Of a stretch of 64,000 bases of DNA, positions 29,803 to 38,976 are shown one piece after another. The notes under the pieces were generated by a model. It ran no database searches. It was not told the origin of the DNA and saw only the letters and a program-made list of their open reading frames with translations. The stretch is taken from NCBI GenBank assembly GCA_017619935.1, contig JAFZRJ010000020.1, positions 2,633 through 66,632 of the forward strand, in the 5' to 3' direction. Every line of letters begins with the position of its first letter. Positions within the stretch are counted from its first letter, which is position 1. The DNA comes from Muribaculaceae bacterium (GTDB lineage Bacteria > Bacteroidota > Bacteroidia > Bacteroidales > Muribaculaceae). The position numbers and the translations under genes were made by a program.

Positions 29803-29908
29803 TGCGATATGTATGTAATTCTGATGATTTAAATAAAGTGCTTTAATGCTTCAATTATAAATCGTTTATACTAACTGTTATGAGCAACATACTTTCATAT
29901 AGCAATAA
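28534..29908 (+). mobile_element. Putative inserted cassette bounded by exact 29-bp direct repeats (28534-28562 and 29880-29908)
   Basis: ATGAGCAACATACTTTCATATAGCAATAA occurs at both positions; the intervening DNA is AT-rich. Confidence 0.65.
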
Positions 29909-32900
29909 GACGGCCCACACGGGCGACGAGGACTGGATTGCCGTTGAGCCTTATACCGACGATGACATCCAGCGCATCAAGGACCCCGATGGAGGTCTGT
30001 CACGCAACCCCCGCACGGCGATTCCCAGTCCGTTTGCACAACTGGACTTGGTCAAAAACGCTTTTACGGCACTGAGCAACCCCTATTTGCGTGGTGCCGC
30101 CATGAATGAGCGTCTGGTGTCGAACGCGCTAGACGTGGCGCAGTTGTTGTTTGACTTCGAAAACCACAAGGATTACTTGCGGTTGGTGAGGTGGAACCGC
30201 GACGAGCAGTTGGCTCAACTCAAGGCCAGCGATCAGCACCGCCTTTACGGCGAGACGTTGGAACTGTTCCTCACCGCCGACAAAGTGTATAACTTTGATG
30301 ACCTGCACGACTGGTACATTCTGCTGTGGGACAGTCTGGTGATAGGCGGCACATCGCCGGCCTCGCTGGTGATGGCGGCTCCTGTGAGCGTACCCATTGA
30401 GGCCATCAAAGTGGAGCAGGGGGTGCCTTTGTTCTCGACCGACCGGCCGCTGTGGCAACGTGATGAGGAGTTTGTCTATTATATGTATCTATTGTTCAAT
30501 GCCTATCCCGTGTTGCGCGAGAAGGTGGGCATGGTCTATAGCTACATGCTGCACAACTTGGAATACCTGCGCCGAGAGCGGCCCGATTTGTACCGTCGCA
30601 TCACTGAGGTAATACCCAATCCTTCGGCGCTCGACCGCGAACGTGCCGCTACCGTCCTGGAAACGCTGGAGCATACCTACGACCGCTTTACCGGCACTGC
30701 CGATGTGAGCGTTTTGGGCGCGCGTTTCTACCACAAGCGCGTGTCGGACATCCGCACCAGCGCCGGCGAGAGCGACTTCGTCATTCAACCCACCATGCCG
30801 CAGCCTGCGGGCAAGACCTTGCCACTGGTGTTGCGGTCGGGGTTCAATGGCAGCGTGGAGCACTACCGCTATATCGACAAGGAGTGGGACAGCGCCACCG
30901 AAGTGCTGGCAGGGACGGTGCCCATGGACCAACGCAAGTTGCCCGACACTAGCATCCAGTATCCATTCCTCACCACCGCCGACCTGCTTGCCGAAACACT
31001 GTTGCGTGTGAGCAACGCCATCGACAGCAACCACTTCTTCAACGGCAATCTCAAGAGCAAGGACTTGGAGCCTAGCCGTGGTTATTTGTTGCCACTCAAG
31101 CCCGAGTTTTTCCGTTGGTTCACCGCCGATGATCTTAAAGGCCATGTGGTGGGTCGCAATATGCTCGACATAGAAGAAAATAGCGACGGCAGTGTGCTTG
31201 TCACCTTGCGCATCCCCGTTAAGAAGCGCTATATAGAACTTACACGTCGTTATTTCCCGACATCGGACCACACCTGGACCTTCGACGAGCGTCGTGGCAC
31301 GGGTCGTGTGATAGACGTGATCATGAACACGGCGGTGTTCCCGTTTGTGCGTACCGAGCGCAATGACGACTACACGGTGCAACTGTTCTCCATGTTGGGC
31401 GACGGCACCGCTTCGTTGCGATTCTTGCGTAACGGTGGTGATACCAGCACCATTCAGGTGACGCAGAAACAGCGCGCCCACACGGTCTATACCACTGAAT
31501 ACTACGATGTGAACGGCACATGGGACTATGCTGAGGCTACCGTGCACAACGACTTGGGTACGTTCACCGGGATTATACTTCCCATGTGGAAGCATTACGC
31601 CCCATCGTCCAAAGAGTTGATTTTCGCCGTTGACTTCGGAACGACCAACACCCATGTAGAGTGGGCCGAACGTGGCCAAATGAGCGAAACACTCACATTC
31701 ACCGACGGCAGCGAACAGGTGCTTGTGGCATCCCTGCTCAAGCAGGGCGGGTTGGACATTGCCGAGCAGTTGCAACGCATTGAGTTCCTTCCGCACGACA
31801 TCGACAAGGTGTATGGTTTCCCCTTGCGCTCGGCGTTGGCTAACAATACGGGCAGCGACGGTGGCCGCCGCTTGTTCCATGATGTGAACATCCCCTTCCT
31901 TTATGAACGCAAGTTCTTTGATGGTTACGATGTGACCACCGGACTGAAGTGGATGGGCGACACCACGCTGGCAAAGGAATTCCTGCGCGAACTCACGCTG
32001 CTCATCAAGGCGAAGGCGTTGCTGGAGAATGTGGACTTGCGTAATGTGCAGGTCGTCTATTTCTATCCTGTGAGTATGGGTGGCAGTGACCGTCGCAAGT
32101 TGCAGGACACTTGGGAGGAACTGTATCGCACCTACATTGGTGACGATGTGGACCGCTTGCAGGCTTATCCCGAATCGGTGGCTCCCGCTTATTACTACAA
32201 GAGCGCCGACGTCACGGGCAGCAGTTATGTGTCCATCGACATCGGCGGTGGTACCAGCGATACGGTCATCTATCAGCCCACGGCCGACGGCATGCGCAGT
32301 GAGCCGGTGGCGATTTCCTCGTTCCGTTTCGCCGGCAATGCCATTTTCGGTGATGGTTTCGGCGACCGTGATGCCGACAACAACCCCTTGTTGCAGCACT
32401 ATATGCGCTATTTCCAGCAGATCATTGAGAATGACCGTTCCACGGGCATTTCCTATCTCACCAGCATCATGCAGGACATCCAGCGCGGCAAGCGCAGTGA
32501 GGACATCAACGCTTTCTTGTTCTCGATTGAGAATGTGGAGGAATTGCGCGATTTGCGCGAGATAGACCGCAACCTGTATAGCTACAACGTGCTGCTGCGC
32601 AATGACGGACAACGCAAGTTGGTGTTCATGTACTTCTATGCCGCCATTATCTATTACATCGCACGCGCCATGCAGGCCAAGGGCTATGTGATGCCCAAGC
32701 AGATTTACTTCAGCGGCACGGGTTCGAAAATACTGAACATTCTGGGTTCGCTCAGCCAGGTTACCGAGTTCACTCAGATTATCATTGAAAAAGTCTTCGG
32801 CAAACCCTATAGTGAGCGCTTCGAAATAAAGATTGAGACCGAATGTCCAAAGCAGATTACTTGTCGTGGTGGCATCAAGCTCGAGAACCAACGCCTTGAT

Positions 32901-33329
32901 GGCCGTGCCGACACCAGCCTGTACACTGCTCGCAATGTGAACGCGTTGAAATATTGCTACTCTATGTTGGGTCCCGACCAACTCACTTACGGCGATATGA
33001 ACGATGCGGCCAAGCGTGACGCACTGGTGGAACAGGTCAACCAGTTTAACCAGTTCTTCATCGGCTTGTGTGACAAGGTAATCAAGGATGAATTCGGTAT
33101 TGAAAACGGTGTGTTCCAACTCTTCTGCGATGTGTTGGGCGATGATGTCGCCAACTACCTCACCGCCGGTATCAATGCCTTCCTGCAAGGTCGTTACGAG
33201 GCGAACGATGTGGTTGAAGACGTGCCCTTCTTCTATCCCGTGGTGGGTGTTATCCGCTACAATTTGCTCAAGAATCTCACCAACGAGGTCATCAGCAAGT
33301 ACAAGTCAAGAGAAGGTTTCATCAATTAA
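29880..33329 (+). CDS. Large actin/Hsp70/FtsA-fold ATPase-like protein (1149 aa)
   Basis: Phosphate-1 FAVDFGTTNT, connect-1 PESVAP, phosphate-2 SIDIGGGTSD and adenosine-like FSGTGSK. About 580-aa N-terminal region of unknown fold. Confidence 0.8.
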   Translation: MSNILSYSNKTAHTGDEDWIAVEPYTDDDIQRIKDPDGGLSRNPRTAIPSPFAQLDLVKNAFTALSNPYLRGAAMNERLVSNALDVAQLLFDFENHKDYLRLVRWNRDEQLAQLKASDQHRLYGETLELFLTADKVYNFDDLHDWYILLWDSLVIGGTSPASLVMAAPVSVPIEAIKVEQGVPLFSTDRPLWQRDEEFVYYMYLLFNAYPVLREKVGMVYSYMLHNLEYLRRERPDLYRRITEVIPNPSALDRERAATVLETLEHTYDRFTGTADVSVLGARFYHKRVSDIRTSAGESDFVIQPTMPQPAGKTLPLVLRSGFNGSVEHYRYIDKEWDSATEVLAGTVPMDQRKLPDTSIQYPFLTTADLLAETLLRVSNAIDSNHFFNGNLKSKDLEPSRGYLLPLKPEFFRWFTADDLKGHVVGRNMLDIEENSDGSVLVTLRIPVKKRYIELTRRYFPTSDHTWTFDERRGTGRVIDVIMNTAVFPFVRTERNDDYTVQLFSMLGDGTASLRFLRNGGDTSTIQVTQKQRAHTVYTTEYYDVNGTWDYAEATVHNDLGTFTGIILPMWKHYAPSSKELIFAVDFGTTNTHVEWAERGQMSETLTFTDGSEQVLVASLLKQGGLDIAEQLQRIEFLPHDIDKVYGFPLRSALANNTGSDGGRRLFHDVNIPFLYERKFFDGYDVTTGLKWMGDTTLAKEFLRELTLLIKAKALLENVDLRNVQVVYFYPVSMGGSDRRKLQDTWEELYRTYIGDDVDRLQAYPESVAPAYYYKSADVTGSSYVSIDIGGGTSDTVIYQPTADGMRSEPVAISSFRFAGNAIFGDGFGDRDADNNPLLQHYMRYFQQIIENDRSTGISYLTSIMQDIQRGKRSEDINAFLFSIENVEELRDLREIDRNLYSYNVLLRNDGQRKLVFMYFYAAIIYYIARAMQAKGYVMPKQIYFSGTGSKILNILGSLSQVTEFTQIIIEKVFGKPYSERFEIKIETECPKQITCRGGIKLENQRLDGRADTSLYTARNVNALKYCYSMLGPDQLTYGDMNDAAKRDALVEQVNQFNQFFIGLCDKVIKDEFGIENGVFQLFCDVLGDDVANYLTAGINAFLQGRYEANDVVEDVPFFYPVVGVIRYNLLKNLTNEVISKYKSREGFIN

Positions 33330-33341
33330 TCAATAGTTGAG

Positions 33342-34145
33342 ATGAAAAAGACTGCATTATTGGGAATGTGCGTCGCCGTGGCCATGTGCGCCGCAGCGCA
33401 AGACAGTATCCAGTGGGTGAGCGACACCATGTCGATGGCCGACAGCGTGACAGTGGAAGAAATTCCCAGTGTGACGGCTACCGCTCCCCAGGAACCGGTG
33501 ATGGAACAGGCTCCGGAAAAATCATCGAGCGGACTCGGATGGCTGGTCATGGCGTGTGGCTTGACGGCGTTGCTGGCTGTGGGCGCCGGGGTGATGGCGT
33601 TTATGGCTCGTCGCGAGGTGGCCGAACTGCATGAGGCGATGCGGGCGGCTCTGGAGCAAACCAACGACAACATGCGTAAGTTGGCCATGGATGGAGCTCG
33701 TGAAATGAATGCCTTGAAGTCCCGTCAGTCCCGAACGCAATACGAACCGGCGCGTCGCTCGACCATAGGCGTTGATGCTGGCGAAACTCGCGTCAAGAGG
33801 CAAGAGACTAAGGCCAAGCCGGCAGGACCACACATCGTTTATCTGGCCAAACCCGATACGCAGGACTGCTTCACTCGGCCCAGCGAACATTTTGAACTGG
33901 GTAATTCGCTTTTCGAACTGACCACGGCCGATGAAGTGCGCGGAACGTTTGTGGTGATTGACAATGCCGATGTGCATCGGTTTGCACTGATGATGCCCAC
34001 TGACAATCTCACACGGGCTTGTACGGGCGAGAACATCCAACTCTCCACCGGCAAGACGCGCATTGTGACCGACCAGCCCGGTGAAGCCGTCTTTGAGCAA
34101 GGTGTGTGGCGCATCACCCGCAAGGCGGTGATTCACTATGTGTAG
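33342..34145 (+). CDS. Signal peptide + single-pass TM + coiled-coil protein with beta-rich C-terminal domain
   Basis: MKKTALLG...AAAQ signal, TM GLGWLVMACGLTALLAVGAGVMAFMA, helical linker, and C-terminal IVTDQPGEAVFEQGVWRITRKAVIHY. Confidence 0.75.
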   Translation: MKKTALLGMCVAVAMCAAAQDSIQWVSDTMSMADSVTVEEIPSVTATAPQEPVMEQAPEKSSSGLGWLVMACGLTALLAVGAGVMAFMARREVAELHEAMRAALEQTNDNMRKLAMDGAREMNALKSRQSRTQYEPARRSTIGVDAGETRVKRQETKAKPAGPHIVYLAKPDTQDCFTRPSEHFELGNSLFELTTADEVRGTFVVIDNADVHRFALMMPTDNLTRACTGENIQLSTGKTRIVTDQPGEAVFEQGVWRITRKAVIHYV

Positions 34146-34178
34146 AGCCGTTGGTTATATCCTCATGATGGATGGAAT

Positions 34179-34649
34179 ATGAAATGGACTTGTGGTCATT
34201 GTGGCAAGGCGCTCGATGTTTCCGATGAGCAACTCTATGAAACGCGAGGTGTAATTGTGTGTCCGCAATGCTTGTCCAGTGACACGGTGCCAGGCTATCA
34301 GCGCCGGAAGCGGACCGCCGCTGCCGATACACCTTCATCAGCCAAGCAAGTCACCACTCCACCCGTTGCCGAGCAGGAAAGAGAGCGCGTGACACCCCCG
34401 CCAAAGAGAAAACCATCAACACCGCCCCCATATCGAAAAAAAATCAGTTTCGTGGAAGATTCTACCTCTCGCGGCTCTACTGAGAACCGCACGAAGCCGT
34501 CAGTCGGCAAGAAAAAGAGAAAAAAGAAGAAAAACAGTGGGCTGCTGGTCCCCCAAACCCCATTGGGCTGCTTGTGGCGCACTCTGGTGTTCACGGCCAT
34601 TCTTCTGGCTGTGGTCACTTTTGTGGGTTATGTGCTCGATGTGGTGTAA
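34179..34649 (+). CDS. Zinc-ribbon protein with Pro/Lys-rich linker and C-terminal TM anchor
   Basis: CGHC...CPQC, PPPK repeats, KKKRKKKK and a terminal hydrophobic helix. Confidence 0.75.
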   Translation: MKWTCGHCGKALDVSDEQLYETRGVIVCPQCLSSDTVPGYQRRKRTAAADTPSSAKQVTTPPVAEQERERVTPPPKRKPSTPPPYRKKISFVEDSTSRGSTENRTKPSVGKKKRKKKKNSGLLVPQTPLGCLWRTLVFTAILLAVVTFVGYVLDVV

Positions 34650-34832
34650 AACAACATTCTCCTAATTTTTGGTGTGAAATTTGTTCCTTGATGGCTCCAT
34701 CAAGCCAAAAAAGTAGGAAAAACCCGTTAAGAACCCTAAATTTTACTGCTTAACACAAAATGAATGTTAAAAAAATGCGATTTCGTGCTCAAAAATTATG
34801 TTGTATAACATATCGGCACTAATTTTGCATCG

Positions 34833-34984
34833 GTTTTTCATGGTATTAGTTTTTAAGGTTGTGAAAATCCAGTCGTCGTGATGACGATTGCGTATTTTCA
34901 AGTTTGTATTAAGGTTTATGTTAATGGTATTAGAAGGTTAATTAGTTAAGCAATCCCCGACGTTGATGTCGAGGATTTTTTTTG
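34833..34984 (+). ncRNA. Candidate small RNA(s), two tandem units
   Basis: Promoter TAATTTTG at 34820 with no ORF downstream. Two ATGGTATTAG...AAGGTT units, each followed by a hairpin; the second is a T-tailed terminator. Confidence 0.5.
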
Positions 34985-35016
34985 CCCCTACCTGAATGGT
35001 AAGGTGTGGATAAAAA

Positions 35017-35053
35017 AACAAGCAATACGGGGGTGAGCCCTGTATTGCTTGTT
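35017..35053 (-). terminator. Intrinsic terminator of the ECF sigma operon
   Basis: AACAAGCAATACGGG...CCCTGTATTGCTTGTT stem with an A-run on the left. Confidence 0.7.
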
Positions 35054-35088
35054 GTGTTTGGTTGATTTATGGTTGTATTATGGCTGTC

Positions 35089-35712
35089 TTAGTGTTGGTC
35101 GTCGTCGATGGTGATGGCGTTGATTTGTGCGATGACGTCGTCGTTGGTGCGCTGCATCTTGTGGAAGATGATGAAGGCGATGACGATGCCGATAATGCCT
35201 CCTACAATGCCTCCGAAGAATCCGCCGGTAGCGAAGCCATTCAGAAAGTCGTGTTCGAATGAGCCTGCCACCCGTTTTAGGTCAATCAGGAACAGGATCA
35301 CCCACACAATGACCGCGATGAGCGACAGGAAGAATGACCAAGCACGTAGTTTCTTCATACGCACCAGTTTGCGACTGGCTTCGACCAGGTTGCCGCTCAG
35401 CAGCTCGTTCTTGTCCACGTGGTTGATATAGTAGTCGGCAGTGACATCCACAACCAGCATCACAGCCAAGTAGGCAAAGACAAACCATGACAGGCCCAGC
35501 ATGTGGGTCATGGCGCCAAAGAGCAGGAGCAGGAACGGCACTAGGCAGATTTCGAACCAGATGTAGTTCTTGATCCACGACATTCGTTTGTTCATGGCCT
35601 GCCGCATGAGCCGCTCGTTGATAATCTCTTGCTTGTCGAGTTTTTCTTTGAGCAGAGACATTTGGCTGCGCATCTGCTCAAGTTCGATAGTATTGATATT
35701 CAAATCTTCCAT
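35089..35712 (-). CDS. Membrane protein co-transcribed with ECF sigma (putative anti-sigma)
   Basis: N-terminal helix ELEQMRSQMSLLKEKL plus 4 TM; immediately downstream of the sigma gene. Confidence 0.65.
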   Translation of the reverse strand: MEDLNINTIELEQMRSQMSLLKEKLDKQEIINERLMRQAMNKRMSWIKNYIWFEICLVPFLLLLFGAMTHMLGLSWFVFAYLAVMLVVDVTADYYINHVDKNELLSGNLVEASRKLVRMKKLRAWSFFLSLIAVIVWVILFLIDLKRVAGSFEHDFLNGFATGGFFGGIVGGIIGIVIAFIIFHKMQRTNDDVIAQINAITIDDDQH

Positions 35713-35725
35713 GGTTATTTCGTGT

Positions 35726-36205
35726 TTATGAGTTGGACATGTTTTTGAGTTGTTCTTTAATTCGGTAGAGGCGTACGCCCACATTCTTGGTAGTGATGCC
35801 GACGATGGCTGCTATTTCGTCGTAGCTCATGTTCTCGAGCCAAAGCAGCACGATGGCACGGTCGAAAGGCTGTAGCCGTCCGATGCGCTCACGCAGCATC
35901 TGCACTTGTCTGGAATCGTTGTCCTGGTCATCGAAGAGGTCGATATCCATGGTGAGAGGCACCGACGCCGATTTCTTTTTCTTCCGTTCGCTGGTGATGC
36001 AGGTGTTCAGTGCCACCCGCCAGATCCAAGTACGCAATTCGCTGCGTCCTTTGAATGAGCTCATTCCGCGCCACAAGTTCACAAGTGTTTCTTGAAAAAG
36101 GTCGTTGACCTCATCGCTGTCGTTGGAGAACATATAGCACACGCTGTAGATGGTGCTTTTGTGCTCCTTGACCATTCGTTCAAATTCTTGTTCGTTGGCT
36201 TCCAT
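35726..36205 (-). CDS. ECF sigma-70 factor
   Basis: DLFQE, TWIWRVALNTCI (region 2) and LENMSYDEIAAIVGI (region 4). Confidence 0.92.
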   Translation of the reverse strand: MEANEQEFERMVKEHKSTIYSVCYMFSNDSDEVNDLFQETLVNLWRGMSSFKGRSELRTWIWRVALNTCITSERKKKKSASVPLTMDIDLFDDQDNDSRQVQMLRERIGRLQPFDRAIVLLWLENMSYDEIAAIVGITTKNVGVRLYRIKEQLKNMSNS

Positions 36206-36362
36206 ATAATAGATGTCGATTTGTTTTTTTGTTGGTTAGACGTGAAAAAGCCGTGTTTTATTACAATAAAAAGTAAAAAAATGTGTCTTTGTGGTGAAAA
36301 TTGGCTTTGAGTGACAGGAATTTTCATTAATTTTACCCGCCCAAAGCAAAAAACTAAGAGTC

Positions 36363-37064
36363 ATGAAACGAATTTTGTTTAGTGCCTTCATGATAGTGTC
36401 GGTCACCTTGATGATGTGGGGCCAGTCCGACACGCCATATTTCCAGACAGCCGACCTTGCCGATGCCACCCTGTATCTGCCTGCGCCGCCCGACACGTTG
36501 AGCGCGCAGTTTCAGTACGACAAGAGCCAGTATGAGTGGGGCAAGGCGCTGCGCACTACCGACCGCGGCAAGTTGGCGGTGAAGGAGGTGAACGGTTTGT
36601 ACCCGTTCGTGTGCAAGGTGTTTTCGGAGGCTTTCGGGATGAGCATCACGCCCGAAGACACACCCGCTATATATAAGGTGTTGGCCAATTCCCTCAAGTC
36701 GGTGGCCAATGCGACCGAAAGGTGTAAGAAGTATTATCAGCGCCAGCGTCCGTTCCAGTACTATGGCGAGCCGATGTATACGGGTGAGAGCCTGGGCGCT
36801 TCGTCCTATCCCTCGACCCATGCCGCCAAGGGTTGGATCATAGCGTTGTTGCTCACCGAAATTAACAAGGCTGCCGAGGTGGAATTGCTTAAAAAGGGGT
36901 ATGAGTACGGGCAGAACCGCGTTATTGTGGGCGCGCACTGGCAGAGCGACGTGGATGCGGCGCGCATGGTGGCCAGTTACTGCTACGCCCGTTTGCAGTC
37001 GGACCCCGTCTTCCGTACCGACATGGAAGAGGCTAAACAAGAATTCATCGAACTGACCAAATAG
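36363..37064 (+). CDS. Class A non-specific acid phosphatase (PAP2)
   Basis: Signal peptide; KKYYQRQRP, SYPSTH and RVIVGAHWQSDV. Confidence 0.9.
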   Translation: MKRILFSAFMIVSVTLMMWGQSDTPYFQTADLADATLYLPAPPDTLSAQFQYDKSQYEWGKALRTTDRGKLAVKEVNGLYPFVCKVFSEAFGMSITPEDTPAIYKVLANSLKSVANATERCKKYYQRQRPFQYYGEPMYTGESLGASSYPSTHAAKGWIIALLLTEINKAAEVELLKKGYEYGQNRVIVGAHWQSDVDAARMVASYCYARLQSDPVFRTDMEEAKQEFIELTK

Positions 37065-37094
37065 GCAATTCTGTTGTAGAGTCAGTGCCGACAA

Positions 37095-37141
37095 ATACCG
37101 CCGATGGTGACACAGTGATACACCATCGGCGGTATGTTTTT
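37095..37141. terminator. Bidirectional terminator between convergent genes
   Basis: ATACCGCCGATGGT...ACCATCGGCGGTAT stem followed by a T-run. Confidence 0.65.
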
Positions 37142-37197
37142 CACCAACCTTGCTCGCGGCGTTGCCTTGAGGGGGTGTGGTGAGTGTCGGCCGGCTT

Positions 37198-38391
37198 TTA
37201 GCGGGCGTTATAGGCTTCGAGCGCTTTTCCCAGCACAATGAGCGCGCGCTTGAGGTCGTCAATTTTGAGCACGTAGGCCATACGCACCTCGTTCTTGCCG
37301 GCACCTGGTGTGGCATAGAAACCAGTAGCGGGAGCCATCATCACCGTTTCGCCCTCGTAGTTGAACTCCTCCAGACACCAGCGGCAGAAGTCGTCGCTGT
37401 CTTGCACGGGCAGTTTCACCACGGTGTAGAAAGCACCCATGGGCATCGGTGAGAACACACCGGGAATTTTGTTGAGGCCTTCCACCAGACAGTTGCGACG
37501 GGCGATGTACTCGTCATAGACATCCTGGTGATACTTCTGAGGCGCAGCCAGCGATGCTTCGGCCACCACTTGACCAATCAGCGGGGGGCTGAGACGTGCC
37601 TGGGCAAACTTCATGACTGCTGTGCGAAGTTCGTCGTTGCGAGTGATGAAGGCACCAATGCGGATGCCGCACTCGCTGTAGCGCTTCGAAACCGAGTCGA
37701 TGAGCACCACGTTCTGCTCGATGCCTTCGAGGTGCAGCGCGCTCAGGTAAGGTTCATCGCTATAGACATACTCACGATAAACCTCATCGGCAATCAGGTA
37801 AAGGTCGTATTTCTTGACGAGGTCACGCAGCTGCATGAGCTCTTCTTTGGTGTAGAGTGTGCCGGTGGGGTTGTTGGGGTTGCAAATCATGATGGCACGT
37901 GTGCGTGCATTGATTAGTTTCTCAAACTCTTCGATGGCGGGCAGGGCGAAGCCATTTTCAATCTTGGTGGTGATGGTGCGCACTTTCACGCCCATTTCAC
38001 AAGCGAATCCCATATAGTTGGCATACACCGGTTCGGGCACAATCAGTTCATCGCCCGGGTTGAAGCAAGCCAGGAAGGCGAATTGCAGCGCTTCGCTGCC
38101 ACCGCAGGTGACAATGATATCGGTGGGCTTGAGGTTGATGTTGTATTTGGCGTAGTAACCCACCAGTCCGTCGATGTAGGACTGGTAACCCTGTGAGGGC
38201 GAGTACTCCAGCACCTTGCGGTCGATGGTCTTGAGTGCGTCAAGGCCTTCTTGCGGGGTGGGGAGGTCGGGCTGGCCGATGTTAAGGTGATACACTTTGA
38301 TACCCTTCTGCTTCGCTGCTACCGCAAAAGGAGCGAGCTTACGGATGGGAGATGCCGGCATGTCGTTGCCGCGTTGCGAAATTCTTGGCAT
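37198..38391 (-). CDS. Class I PLP-dependent (aspartate) aminotransferase
   Basis: HLNIGQPD, CNPNNPTG, DEVYRE and SVSKRYSECGIRIG. Confidence 0.9.
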   Translation of the reverse strand: MPRISQRGNDMPASPIRKLAPFAVAAKQKGIKVYHLNIGQPDLPTPQEGLDALKTIDRKVLEYSPSQGYQSYIDGLVGYYAKYNINLKPTDIIVTCGGSEALQFAFLACFNPGDELIVPEPVYANYMGFACEMGVKVRTITTKIENGFALPAIEEFEKLINARTRAIMICNPNNPTGTLYTKEELMQLRDLVKKYDLYLIADEVYREYVYSDEPYLSALHLEGIEQNVVLIDSVSKRYSECGIRIGAFITRNDELRTAVMKFAQARLSPPLIGQVVAEASLAAPQKYHQDVYDEYIARRNCLVEGLNKIPGVFSPMPMGAFYTVVKLPVQDSDDFCRWCLEEFNYEGETVMMAPATGFYATPGAGKNEVRMAYVLKIDDLKRALIVLGKALEAYNAR

Positions 38392-38699
38392 AATGCTCTA
38401 GTTTTTTGTTAAAGATTTATGAAGTTCGATTTCAATCGGTAAAGGTACGAATTAATTCACAATACATCATTATGAATTCCAAAAAAATTATATCCCTCGT
38501 ATGAATTGAAAAAAAGTGGAGGGTCACAGCGACCGATGAGTGGCGAAATGCAAATTTGGAAGACGCACCTACCGAAAACAATAGTATTGAATATCAAAAT
38601 TCAAGAAAAAAACAATTTTTGCTGACAAAATGAGCCGTTTTACTGAAAATTTATGGCAAAAGTTTGGAGATATCAAAAATGTGATATAATTTTGTCGGT

Positions 38700-38792
38700 G
38701 TACAAAAGAAGACGTAAAAGATCGTAGCATAAATAGTAATAGTTTAAGAATGAAACAATGACCAGGCTGTGAAGCTAGGTCATTGTTTTTTT
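38700..38792 (+). ncRNA. Candidate small RNA
   Basis: TTTG (38663) and TAATTTTG (38687) promoter elements, no ORF, then a terminator AAACAATGACC-aggctgtgaagcta-GGTCATTGTTT-TTTT. Confidence 0.45.
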
Positions 38793-38976
38793 GGATTGGT
38801 GGCAGCCGTTTTGATTGGTGATGCATGGTGTGAGTTGCGTCGGGATTGAAATGTTAATGGAATTAACACTGAGATGGGTAAAAACTCGCAAAAAATGAAA
38901 AATCAGGCTAAAAACGTTGATAATTAGCTAGAATGTTTATAACTTTGCGCCGATTTAACGCAAAAAATCAGCAAAA

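Noticed and set aside
30489-33188. 899-aa antisense ORF, and similar long shadow ORFs such as 1568-2566, 4004-5359, 10708-11820 and 27415-28524
   Set aside because: They lie exactly opposite well-supported genes in a GC-rich genome, with no motifs and a composition typical of antisense frames.
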